Positions 7,690-17,177 of a DNA stretch of 64,000 bases are shown here, piece after piece. The notes under the pieces were generated by a model. That model did not search any database. It was not told where the DNA came from and worked only from the letters and a program-made list of their open reading frames with translations. Position 1 is the stretch's first letter. Every line of letters begins with the position of its first letter. The position numbers and the translations under genes were made by a program. The DNA is from Eubacteriales bacterium. GTDB lineage: Bacteria > Bacillota > Clostridia > Oscillospirales > CAG-272. Location: assembly GCA_051867895.1 (NCBI GenBank), contig JBJDZH010000011.1:7926-71925 (forward strand), written 5' to 3'.

Positions 7690-10600
7690 ATGCTTGGAAA
7701 GCTGAAACGCGCGGCAGCCGCGTGTCTTGCGCTGCTTTGCGCAGGCGCTTCCTTGACATCATGCGCCTGCCAGTACGGAAAGGAGTCGGTCATGATACAG
7801 AACAGCTCCGGCGGTGGATGGACGGTCAAGAACACCGCGCCGGACATTCCCGAGGCGCTCCGCACGATCACCGTGGAGAACGATACGGCGTGCGGAGGCA
7901 TCATCGATACGGACAGTGTGTTCCGCATTACCACCGCAAAGGAGACGAGCGCGTCGGAGCTGGCGCGCTGCCTGCGCGTCACGCCGGACGCGGACTGGGA
8001 GATCACGGGGGAGGGAATGGAATTTCTCATGCGTCCCCGCACGGCGCTTCTTGCGAATACGCTGTACCGATTTACCGTCGCCGAGCCGGATAACGATTCG
8101 CCCGCGCTTCTGACGCCTGCTTCCTTTGTGTTCCAGACGGCGGATACACCGCGCATCACAGGCACGTTCCCGGCGGATTACGCGGAGGGAGTTCCCGCTG
8201 ATACGGGGCTCGAGCTGTATTTCAGCGGCGTGCTGGATGCGGAAGCACCATACGCTTCCCTCATTTCCATAGAGCCGTCCGTTCCGTTCCGGACGGAGGT
8301 GTACGGTCACGGCAAGACGCTTGTGATCGTGCCGACGCAGAAGCTGGACGCCGCCACGGCGTATACGGTTACCGTTCAGGCAGGCGTCGCATTTGCCGAC
8401 GGAAGATCGACGGCGGAGAAAAAACGATTTACCTTCCGCGTCGCGGAGACCGATGAAGCGCAGCAGCTGACGCTCGGCTATGACGAACGGGAGCTTGTCT
8501 GCCCTGTCGGAGAGCGCGCTTCCTTCCATTATTATATATACGGCGCGGACGGCGATCCGATCGCGGCGGAGGACACGCTCTGCGTCGTTTACCGGTATCC
8601 GGACGCCGCTGCCGCCGCCGAGGCGCTGCTCGCCTATGAGCAGAAGGCGGACGGCGGATGGCGCGAGTTCGTATTCCCGACGGATTCGCTGGAGAAAGTG
8701 GGCGTCTATACGCTGCCCACGGAGAACAGTGCGACGTCCGTTCGCTATGGAACGCAGCCGTACTCTGTAACGCTGCCGGAACTGGAGCGCGGTTGCTATC
8801 TGGTATCCTTCACCGCCTCCGGCAGCTCCGTCGGGCAGGATTTTGCGCTGGACGGACAGGTGATCGTGCAAGTCACCGACATCACCGCCGCGACTGCCGC
8901 GGCGGGGGAGGATCTGATCCTGTGGGTACACAACGGAGGAGCGCCGATGTCGGACGCGCCAGTTACGGCGTACCTGTATGACCGCGTCAGCGGCTGGTGT
9001 CTGCGCGAGCGCGGAGACGGCGCGAAAACAGTGGAGTCTGCGTCCGCCGTGACGGACGGGGAGGGCTTGTGCCGGCTCCGTACCGCTCAGCGCGGCTGCG
9101 CGCTGGCGGTGATCGGCGAGGGCGCGGATTCCCGGTATCTCTGCATCGGAAACGGGAGCACGGAGACCGCTTCACGCCGCGTGTATGTCTATACCGACCG
9201 CGAGGAGTATTTCCAGACGGATACCGTCCGTTTCTGGGGTGTCGTCACGCCTGCCGACGGACTCGATTCCCTGCGCTGCACCTCCAACGCCGCGAGCGGC
9301 TGCACCGTCGCCGTATCGCCGGACGGAACCTTCAGCGGCAGCCTGCCATATGCGGACTACGCCGGCTACGGCGTCAGCCTTTCCTTTGCCGCGCCGGACG
9401 GCGCCAGCCTCGCCAGCGTGTATAAATCGATATCCCACGAGGAGAAGCCGGTCTATACTGCTTTTGTAACGATGGATCAGCCGTTTTACCGCCGGGGCGC
9501 TTCTCCGTGCGCGGAGCTGTCCGTTTCCTTCTTCGACGGAACACCGGCAGGCGGGCTCCGCTTTGCGTGGAACGCCGGAGAGTTCGGCTCCGGGGAGGCG
9601 GTGACGGACGAAGCGGGGATCGCGCGCGTCACGCTGAACGCGGGCGCACTTTCGCCGCGCTCGACTGCGCCGCTGACGGGCTGGGTGAATTTTGAACTGA
9701 TCGGGGACGAGGCGTCTTCGCTGCGCGCGCATGCTTCCTTCCTCTATTTCCACAGTGATGTGATCCTGGAAACGGAGCAGGCGGAGGACGGCGTTCAGGT
9801 GTCGCTTTGGCAGCTGGATACCTCCGCGCTCACCGATGCGGCGGATTACTACCGTCTTCGCGACGCTCTGAAGGGAGAGAGCGCAGCGGGGGAGATCACA
9901 TATTCACTGGTCCGTTCCTGGACGGAACGTATCGTGACCGGTACCCGCTACGATCCGATCACGAAACGGACGGAGGAGCTGATTCGCACCGAGCGTCACG
10001 AGGAGACGCTCGGATCCGCAGCTGCCGCATTCACCGACGGGCGGCTCCTTTTGCCGTATGTGGATGAGCCGAGGAGCGATTCCTCCTATACGTATCTTCT
10101 TACCTACCGCGACGGCGCGTATACCTATACGTACCGTCTGAACGCCGTCCGTCCTGTCGTCCGCACTCCACTGCCGGAGGAGGAGCCGTATGTTCTGACG
10201 GCTTCGCGCGCGGACGGCTCGAATGCGGGGGAGGGAAGCGGCAGCTTCGCGCCCGGCGAGAGCGTCACGCTGACTGTACAGCGGGGCGGCGTGATCCCGG
10301 CGCAGGGCAGGACGCTGTTTGTCTACATGAATCCGGACGGCGTTGTCTCCGTGCGCCTTGCTGCGCAGACGGATACGGTTGCCTTTGACGGAGCGCTGTC
10401 CCCGTATTCCCGCGCAGCCGCGCTGTATTTTGACGGCAGGGAAACGGCGGCAGCTCTGACTTACGATATGCTGTACGATTACGCCGCGCGCAATCAGCTC
10501 ACGCTCTCCGTGGAGCCGGAGTCAGAGCGGTGTCTGCCCGGCGCGCAGCTCGGCGTGACGGTGCGCGTCACAGATGCGGAGGGAAACGCTGCGGTGGGTG

Positions 10601-12774
10601 CACAGGTGCTGCTCAGCGTTACGGATGAGGCTGCGTTTGCGCTGTGCGCGCAGCAGCTTGAGCCGGACACGCCGCTGGCCGCGCTGATCCGCTTCCGGCA
10701 GATCGGCTCCGCCGTGGACGCGCGGTATTCCATTCTGAATCCGCCGTACCGGATGCCCGTCGCCTATGCGAAGTACGGTATGTTCCGGATGGCGGCGGCA
10801 GAGACGGCGGACTGTGCCGCGCCTGCCGAAGCGGCGAATGGCGGTTCCTCTGTGTATGTCCGGCAGGAGTTCGCCGATAATGCGTTCTTTTCGAGCGCCG
10901 TGAGCGGCGAGGACGGCTGCGCGCGCTTCAGCGTCCGCATCCCGGACAACATCACTACATGGCGGCTCAGTGCCGTTGCATGCGCGCCAAGCGGAGAGAC
11001 GGAGACGCCGGTCAACGTGTCCATGGGCGCCTCGAAGGGCGCCGTCGTATGCACGCTGCCCTTCTTCGTGTCGGCGTCGCTCAATTCCCTGTACATCTCC
11101 GGGGACGATATCGCGCTGAACGCGCGCTGCAGCGGCACCGGGAAGATCGGGACGGCGCGCTTCACCGCCGCCCTGACGGACAGCGCCGGGACGGAGCTTG
11201 CCTCCCTTACCGGCGAGGGCGGACAGAATGAAACGGTCCGATTCTCCTTCGGCAAGCTGCCGGCGGGCGAATATGAGGTGACCATTGCCGCGTACAGCGG
11301 AGAGCTTGCGGACGCGGTCCGCCATTCGTTCACCGTTGTGGATTCGGCGATCCTTCTGCCGGTCAACCGTGTCCTCTCCCCGGCGGAAGCGGCGCACCTT
11401 TCGCCCGTGCTCTATCCGCTGACGCTCTGCTTCTTTGACGCGTCCGATTCGCTGATCTGCCGCACCGTTGACTCTCTGTTGTATGCGCAGAACGGACGGC
11501 TGGACGCGAAGGCGGCGGCGCTCGCCGCCTTCCGGATCTGCGAAAAGCTCAGCGGCTCCTGCGGCATCTATGCGGATGAGATCGGGACGCTGAGCGGCGA
11601 GCTGAATCGTATCTCCGGCGGCTGCCGGCTGTACTCCTGGGCGGAGGAGGATCCCGTTCTGACGGCGAAGATATGCCTGCTCTCCGCCGATGTGCTTTCC
11701 TACAGCGCTGTGCAGTCGTATGCGGAATACCTCACCGGTGTGCTCGCCGCAACGGAGGAGGGGCGAGAGGCTGCCGCCGCCCTGATGGGGCTTGCCGCGC
11801 TCGGGCAGCCGGTGCTCGGCGATCTGCGCTACGCCCGCAGCCGCGCGCAGGAATTCTGCGGTGCGGACGACGTCGCGCGGCTCTATCTCGCCGCCGCCTT
11901 CGCGGTGCTCGGCGATCGGGACGCGGCGTCGGAGCTGTATACGGAGTGCGCGCGCGTGCTGCGCGTTGAGGATGCGGACGGCGTATACTTTCGCGGCTCG
12001 ACGGCGGAAGAAACGCTGGAGCTCTCCTATGCGGCGCTGCTCTGCGCCTCTCTTACCGATGGGAGCGAGGCAGGGGCGTTGATGGAATACCTGTCGGACC
12101 GCGCCTCGGCGTATGAGATGTATGTGCTGGAGCAGGCGGTTTACGCCGCCGCGTATGCGCCCGACGCCGTGCAGGAGAAGGAGTTCACCTATGTGCTGGA
12201 CGGGGTCGCGCATACAGAAAAGCTGAACGGACGCCGTCCGTTTGTGCTCACGCTGAACCGCGATACCTATGCGTCGTTTGCGGTGACGGCGGCGGACGAG
12301 GATATCCGCGTCCGCGCCCTGTATACCGGCACGCCCGGAGAGGCGTGCGCGTCCGCGGCGGAGAACATATCGGTCAACAAGACGGTGGAGCCATGTGAGG
12401 GTAAAACGAATTTCTACCGTGTGACCGTCACGGTGACCGGCTCGACGGACAAAACCAGCTACTCGGCGTCTCTGACCGACCGGCTTCCCTCCGGCGCGCG
12501 CTTCGTGCGGCTGGAAAAGCAGAGCTTTACGGGCAGCGCCCGTACGTACGGGTGGCTCTGGGAGGACGGCGGACAGGTGCGCGGCACGCTCTGCGTCTGC
12601 AATCCTGCTGAGCCGTCGACCGCGGGGCGGAGCGCGATGGAGTTTACGGCAAGCTATTCGTACATCATCCGCGCGTATACGCCCGGCGAGTTTGTGTGCG
12701 AAAGCGCGTATCTGGTGGAAAACGGAAGCGGCGCATTCGCGGCGAGCGAGCGCACCGGCGTGACGTTTGACTGA
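7690..12774 (+). CDS. Alpha-2-macroglobulin-family lipoprotein with N-terminal Ig-like (Big_5-like) domains
   Basis: Lipobox LTSC; MG-domain motif YVYTDREEYFQTDTVRFWG; LLSVTDEAAFAL; VRQEFADNAFF; IPDNITTWRLSA; C-terminal YIIRAYTPGEF. Length 1694 aa. Confidence 0.8.
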   Translation: MLGKLKRAAAACLALLCAGASLTSCACQYGKESVMIQNSSGGGWTVKNTAPDIPEALRTITVENDTACGGIIDTDSVFRITTAKETSASELARCLRVTPDADWEITGEGMEFLMRPRTALLANTLYRFTVAEPDNDSPALLTPASFVFQTADTPRITGTFPADYAEGVPADTGLELYFSGVLDAEAPYASLISIEPSVPFRTEVYGHGKTLVIVPTQKLDAATAYTVTVQAGVAFADGRSTAEKKRFTFRVAETDEAQQLTLGYDERELVCPVGERASFHYYIYGADGDPIAAEDTLCVVYRYPDAAAAAEALLAYEQKADGGWREFVFPTDSLEKVGVYTLPTENSATSVRYGTQPYSVTLPELERGCYLVSFTASGSSVGQDFALDGQVIVQVTDITAATAAAGEDLILWVHNGGAPMSDAPVTAYLYDRVSGWCLRERGDGAKTVESASAVTDGEGLCRLRTAQRGCALAVIGEGADSRYLCIGNGSTETASRRVYVYTDREEYFQTDTVRFWGVVTPADGLDSLRCTSNAASGCTVAVSPDGTFSGSLPYADYAGYGVSLSFAAPDGASLASVYKSISHEEKPVYTAFVTMDQPFYRRGASPCAELSVSFFDGTPAGGLRFAWNAGEFGSGEAVTDEAGIARVTLNAGALSPRSTAPLTGWVNFELIGDEASSLRAHASFLYFHSDVILETEQAEDGVQVSLWQLDTSALTDAADYYRLRDALKGESAAGEITYSLVRSWTERIVTGTRYDPITKRTEELIRTERHEETLGSAAAAFTDGRLLLPYVDEPRSDSSYTYLLTYRDGAYTYTYRLNAVRPVVRTPLPEEEPYVLTASRADGSNAGEGSGSFAPGESVTLTVQRGGVIPAQGRTLFVYMNPDGVVSVRLAAQTDTVAFDGALSPYSRAAALYFDGRETAAALTYDMLYDYAARNQLTLSVEPESERCLPGAQLGVTVRVTDAEGNAAVGAQVLLSVTDEAAFALCAQQLEPDTPLAALIRFRQIGSAVDARYSILNPPYRMPVAYAKYGMFRMAAAETADCAAPAEAANGGSSVYVRQEFADNAFFSSAVSGEDGCARFSVRIPDNITTWRLSAVACAPSGETETPVNVSMGASKGAVVCTLPFFVSASLNSLYISGDDIALNARCSGTGKIGTARFTAALTDSAGTELASLTGEGGQNETVRFSFGKLPAGEYEVTIAAYSGELADAVRHSFTVVDSAILLPVNRVLSPAEAAHLSPVLYPLTLCFFDASDSLICRTVDSLLYAQNGRLDAKAAALAAFRICEKLSGSCGIYADEIGTLSGELNRISGGCRLYSWAEEDPVLTAKICLLSADVLSYSAVQSYAEYLTGVLAATEEGREAAAALMGLAALGQPVLGDLRYARSRAQEFCGADDVARLYLAAAFAVLGDRDAASELYTECARVLRVEDADGVYFRGSTAEETLELSYAALLCASLTDGSEAGALMEYLSDRASAYEMYVLEQAVYAAAYAPDAVQEKEFTYVLDGVAHTEKLNGRRPFVLTLNRDTYASFAVTAADEDIRVRALYTGTPGEACASAAENISVNKTVEPCEGKTNFYRVTVTVTGSTDKTSYSASLTDRLPSGARFVRLEKQSFTGSARTYGWLWEDGGQVRGTLCVCNPAEPSTAGRSAMEFTASYSYIIRAYTPGEFVCESAYLVENGSGAFAASERTGVTFD

Positions 12775-12786
12775 AAACCTGCAAGT

Positions 12787-12820
12787 CGGGGAGGAGCTTG
12801 GGACAACAGGCTCCTCCCCG
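12787..12820 (+). terminator. GC-rich hairpin after the A2M gene (terminator or mRNA stabiliser)
   Basis: CGGGGAGGAGC ... GCTCCTCCCCG forms an 11-bp perfect stem with a weak U tail. A second stem plus T6 follows at 12857-12888. Confidence 0.5.
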
Positions 12821-12928
12821 TACCCTTTCGGATACGGCTGCCGGACAAAAGAGTTTTCCGCCGTGCGCGTGGGAACGGTGGATTTTTTGTGTATATATGT
12901 ATGGAGAACGGAATGGGAGAAGATTCAG

Positions 12929-13783
12929 ATGCTTGAAAGACGGGGAGGACGGCGGCGGAAGAGACTGCTCGCGGCGGCGGGAGTGCTCGCGGCTCTGGTG
13001 CTGACAGGCGCCGCATTGGACGCACGTCTGAGGATACGGACGTATACGGTCTGCTCGGAGAAGCTCAGCGGCAGCGTGCGGATCGCTCTCGTGACCGATC
13101 TGCATTCGTGCCGGTACGGGAAAGAGGAGGCGGAGCTGATCGCGGCGCTGGACGAGCAATCGCCGAATCTGGTGCTGCTCGGCGGCGATATCTGCGACGA
13201 CGAGCTTCCGCAGGACAATGCGGAGGCGCTGCTGCGCGGGATCGCCGGGCGGTATCCATGCTATTATGTGACCGGGAACCATGAATACCAGAGCGGCGAT
13301 ATCGATGCGATCCTCGCTATGTTTGCCTCATACGGCGTGACCGTGCTGAGCGGGAAGTCCGACACGGTGGAGGTGAGAGGGCAGTACGTCAATATCTGCG
13401 GCGTAACGGACCCGGACGCCGTGCGGTATACCGGCGCGCCGGATACCAGAGAGCAGCTCGTGGCGCTGCGGGACGTACACACCAACGGGTACTATACGAT
13501 TCTGCTGGCGCATCGCCCCGAATGGATCAGCATCTACACGGAATACGGCTTTGATCTGATCCTGTCGGGGCATGCGCACGGCGGGCAGTGGCGGCTGCCC
13601 GGGATCATAAACGGTCTGTATGCGCCGGATCAGGGCTTTTTCCCCGCCTATGCGGGCGGCGAATATACAGTCGGTTCAGCTGTCATGATCGTCAGCCGGG
13701 GACTGGCGCGGGAAACCACATGGATCCCGCGGGTTTTCAACCGGCCTGAGCTGGTCGTCGTTGAGCTGCGCGGACAATCATAA
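12929..13783 (+). CDS. Membrane-anchored metallophosphoesterase (YkuE-like, calcineurin-like)
   Basis: DLH, GD, GNHE, LAHRP and SGHAHGGQ motifs; N-terminal basic patch plus TM helix. Confidence 0.9.
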   Translation: MLERRGGRRRKRLLAAAGVLAALVLTGAALDARLRIRTYTVCSEKLSGSVRIALVTDLHSCRYGKEEAELIAALDEQSPNLVLLGGDICDDELPQDNAEALLRGIAGRYPCYYVTGNHEYQSGDIDAILAMFASYGVTVLSGKSDTVEVRGQYVNICGVTDPDAVRYTGAPDTREQLVALRDVHTNGYYTILLAHRPEWISIYTEYGFDLILSGHAHGGQWRLPGIINGLYAPDQGFFPAYAGGEYTVGSAVMIVSRGLARETTWIPRVFNRPELVVVELRGQS

Positions 13784-13808
13784 CTGTACGGCGAAAGGAG
13801 GCGGCGGC

Positions 13809-14333
13809 GTGGAGGAAAACGACTGGATCGCGCTGCTACGGGCGCGGGATCCGCGCGGCATGGAGGAACTGCTGCGCCGGTGCGGACCGCTGATGCGGTA
13901 TGTCATTTCCCCGATCCTGCCGGATGCGCAGGATCAGGAGGAGTGCCTGAGCGAGACGGCGATGCGTGTCTGGGATAAGATCGCGCTGTACGATCCCGCA
14001 CGCGGGAGTATCCGGAGCTGGCTGACGGCGCTGAACTACCTCCGCAGCAGGCGGCGTCAGGGGGATATCCGAGAGATCACGGAGGAGGAGCCGTCGCGGG
14101 AGCCGGGACCGGAGGAGATCGTTTTGCTGCGGGAGCGGCAGGCGGCACTGCGGCGTACTCTGGATGCACTGCCGGAGAAGGACAGAGTTTTGTTTTATCG
14201 GAAATATTACTATCTGCAGTCTGACGCACAGATCGCCGCCGAGCTGGGTGTGACAGAGCGGAGCGTCGAAGGGCGGCTGTACCGCCTGAGACGGCGGCTG
14301 CGAAAAACGCTGGGAGGGGAAGAGCATGTGTGA
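13809..14333 (+). CDS. ECF RNA polymerase sigma-70 factor, possibly with an in-frame deletion in region 2
   Basis: DQEECLSET...YDP.RGS..SWL and region 4 IAAELGVTERSVEGRLYRLR; GTG start after AAGGAGG. Confidence 0.85.
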   Translation: MEENDWIALLRARDPRGMEELLRRCGPLMRYVISPILPDAQDQEECLSETAMRVWDKIALYDPARGSIRSWLTALNYLRSRRRQGDIREITEEEPSREPGPEEIVLLRERQAALRRTLDALPEKDRVLFYRKYYYLQSDAQIAAELGVTERSVEGRLYRLRRRLRKTLGGEEHV

Positions 14334-15852
14334 GCGCGACTGGAACGCTATGGATGAGGCGGCTTTCGACGACGTGCTCCGGCGCAGTCTGGACGATGCG
14401 CCGCCGGAGGATGTCGTGCGGCGCGTCACACCCTTCCGCCGGGCGATGACATGCATTCTTGCCGGTCTGGCGCTGGACATGCTCCGGCTGAATTTTCTCT
14501 GCCTGCAGTATCTTCTTCCGGCGGCGGGCACGGTGCTTATGCTGCTGGGATTCCGCGCGCTGCGCCGGGAAAACGGATGCTTTCGCGTCTGTTGGATCCT
14601 GACGCTTCTGCGGACGGCGTATCAGCTGCCAGCGCTGATGCTGAATGCCACCGTGTATCAGGAGGCGGCGTATTCGCTGCCCGTTTTCACCGTGCTGAGC
14701 TGGATGAGCGGCGCGGCGGCGCTTGTGCTGCTGCTTTGCTTCTGGCGCGGGATGCGCACTCTGCAGCGAAGCGCGGGACTGCCGATGCATGCCCGGGGCG
14801 CAGCGGCGCTGGCAGTGTGGTATGTTCTGATCTGTGTCCTTGCTCTGGTGCAGTACAGCGGGATCGTGATCGGAATCGTGATTCTTTTCGCATACGGATG
14901 CATCCTGCGCAGTTTGTATGTGCTGATGAGGGAGGTGGACGAGGCAGGATACGCGATCCGGACGGCGCCGGTCCGGCTGCCGGACGGCGCGCTGGCAGGT
15001 GTGATCACCGCCGTGCTGGTCATTGGCATCGGCTGCGGATATCTGTTCTTTGGAAAGTACGATATGGCGTGGGCGCCGGCGGAGGAGTCCGCGGATGCGG
15101 AGACGGCGGAGATCCGGGCGCATCTCTTATCGCTCGGCTTTCCGGCGGAGGTGCTTGCGGATCTGAGCGATGAAGATATTCAGGCGTGCAGCGGCGCTTT
15201 GCGGGTGGTTGCGGCTGTACAGGAGCATCCGGTGAACGACGGACGCACGGTAACGGAGCGTACCGGGGACGGACTTTCCGTCCATACGGAATACGATGTG
15301 AAGGAGCTGCGGATCACGGGTGTTGCCGTTGAGCTGCCGGGGGAGCGCGAGAGCTGGGAGATATTCCACCATTTCCTCTGGACGGTGAATCCGGGCTTTG
15401 CAGGAACGGAGGCGATGCAGCTCTGGCCGACCGACCGGCTGGCGGGCTGGCGGATCGACGGCGAATGGAGCGGACGCGTACTCTGCACGCTCGACGGGCA
15501 GGAGATGGTATCTCCGTATGATTCGCTGGGCAGCGAAACGTACGAGTCGGACACGGTTCTCTGGGGCAGACAGACCTCGGACGCGGTTTTCGCCGCCTTT
15601 TCATTCCCCCGCGCAGCGGAGCGCTGCCGGGGATATGTATCCTACCGAGTGCTGGAGCTGCAGGACGGATGGATCGTCGATTCATGGGTCAATTATGTCC
15701 ATCAGAGCAGCTGGATGCAGTATCCGGTAGAGACGGCGGCGGGCTGGCGGATGCAAACGTCGATGACGTCGCGCGGCGCTTTCCGGGTGGTACAGGACGC
15801 ACTGCAGTTTTATCCCCCCGAGCCGGACGCGAAGCCGTTTGGCGCAGAGTGA
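14326..15852 (+). CDS. Multi-pass membrane protein with large C-terminal soluble domain, putative anti-sigma factor
   Basis: Overlaps the sigma stop codon; about 7 hydrophobic helices followed by a ~265-aa hydrophilic domain. Confidence 0.6.
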   Translation: MCERDWNAMDEAAFDDVLRRSLDDAPPEDVVRRVTPFRRAMTCILAGLALDMLRLNFLCLQYLLPAAGTVLMLLGFRALRRENGCFRVCWILTLLRTAYQLPALMLNATVYQEAAYSLPVFTVLSWMSGAAALVLLLCFWRGMRTLQRSAGLPMHARGAAALAVWYVLICVLALVQYSGIVIGIVILFAYGCILRSLYVLMREVDEAGYAIRTAPVRLPDGALAGVITAVLVIGIGCGYLFFGKYDMAWAPAEESADAETAEIRAHLLSLGFPAEVLADLSDEDIQACSGALRVVAAVQEHPVNDGRTVTERTGDGLSVHTEYDVKELRITGVAVELPGERESWEIFHHFLWTVNPGFAGTEAMQLWPTDRLAGWRIDGEWSGRVLCTLDGQEMVSPYDSLGSETYESDTVLWGRQTSDAVFAAFSFPRAAERCRGYVSYRVLELQDGWIVDSWVNYVHQSSWMQYPVETAAGWRMQTSMTSRGAFRVVQDALQFYPPEPDAKPFGAE

Positions 15853-15869
15853 AACGCATTTCCGAAAAG

Positions 15870-15913
15870 AAAAATCCCCGGCGTACGGTGCTTGACCGAA
15901 CGCCGGGGATTTT
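15870..15913. terminator. Bidirectional terminator between convergent genes
   Basis: AAAATCCCCGGCG ... CGCCGGGGATTTT. Confidence 0.7.
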
Positions 15914-16001
15914 GGACGTGCAGGGAGAGGGATGCCGTGCAAACGGAAGCAGGGAACGAGGCGGCGGAGGCGTATGCTCCGGCGCTTACGCTGCGGAGGG
16001 A

Positions 16002-17171
16002 TCAGGAGGTGCTCCGGCTCACGCGGCGCCGCACGATTTCCGTGCAGACGGTCATCAGCGCCAGCAGCGCTGCGAGATACACGGGCAGGAGCGCCATCGA
16101 TACATGCTGCGCAAGAAAACCGAACAGCGGCGGCATCAGTGTGGAGCCGCAGTATGCGCTCGCCATCTGGATCCCCATCATTGCCTGGGATTTTTCCGCG
16201 CCGAACGTGCGCGGCGTCTGATGGAGCATCGCCGGGTAGATCGGCGCGCAGCCGAGACCGAGCAGTACAAGCGAAACAGGGACGCGCGCCTCGCCGAGCG
16301 GCACAAGCATCACTACCGCGCCGGCGGCGGCAGCCGCCTGTCCCAGCCGTATCATCGCCGGATTGTCCAGCTTCATCGACAGAAATCCTGCCGCCGCCCG
16401 TCCGGCGGTCAGCCCAAGATAGAAAAGCGACGTCCATCCGGCGGCTGTCTCCTTGGGCGTTCCGTAGAGCAGCGTCGCGTAGCTGGCGCTCCACAGCCCT
16501 GCGGTGAGTTCCAGGGCGCAGTAGCAGAAGAGGGCGATAAACGTCGGCGCTGCGAGCGGGACCCGCGCGGCCTGACGCAGGGTGAGCAGCTTCGGCTTTT
16601 CTTTGATCTCCGCGTCCGCGCTCTGCGCGTCGGCGCGTTTCCACGCCGGGAGCGATGCGAACAGCACAGCGGCGAGCACGCTCTGCATCGCGGCGATGGT
16701 CAGATATCCGCCGCGCCAGCCGCCCTGCGTGCCGAGCCACAGCGCCATAATCATCGGACCGGCGGAGGCGCCGATGCCCCAGAAGCAGTGCAGCCAGTTC
16801 ATGTGCCGCGCCTTGTAGCGGAGCGCGACGTAATTGTTCAGTGCGGAATCGACCGAGCCGCCGCCCAGTCCAAGCGGTACGGCGAGTACGCACATCAGCG
16901 CAACGGAACGCGCCGTTCCGAAGCCGAACAGTGCAGCGGCGGTCATCGCTACGCTGACAGCCGTGACCTTCGCGGTGCCGAAACGCGCGATCATCCGTGC
17001 GCTGAGCAGGCTAGAAACGACGGTGCCCGCGCTGACGATCAGGGAGATCACGCCCGCCAGCGATACCTGCGCTCCCAGCTCTGTGCGGATCGCTGTCCAT
17101 GCGCTGCCGAGTACGGAATCCGGCAGTCCGAGGCTGATGAACGCTATGTAGATCAGAATCAGGATAAACAT
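16002..17171 (-). CDS. MFS transporter (fucose-permease-like)
   Basis: About 12 TM helices; FISLGLPDS.LG.AW, GGGSVDSALNNYVA and MNWLHCFWGIGA. Confidence 0.85.
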   Translation of the reverse strand: MFILILIYIAFISLGLPDSVLGSAWTAIRTELGAQVSLAGVISLIVSAGTVVSSLLSARMIARFGTAKVTAVSVAMTAAALFGFGTARSVALMCVLAVPLGLGGGSVDSALNNYVALRYKARHMNWLHCFWGIGASAGPMIMALWLGTQGGWRGGYLTIAAMQSVLAAVLFASLPAWKRADAQSADAEIKEKPKLLTLRQAARVPLAAPTFIALFCYCALELTAGLWSASYATLLYGTPKETAAGWTSLFYLGLTAGRAAAGFLSMKLDNPAMIRLGQAAAAAGAVVMLVPLGEARVPVSLVLLGLGCAPIYPAMLHQTPRTFGAEKSQAMMGIQMASAYCGSTLMPPLFGFLAQHVSMALLPVYLAALLALMTVCTEIVRRRVSRSTS

Positions 17172-17177
17172 CGCGCG

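Noticed and set aside
12871-12898. Possible second ECF promoter GGGAAC...GTATAT before the phosphoesterase gene
   Set aside because: The spacing does not fit N16-CGT, and the sequence is better explained as a stem with a T6 tail.
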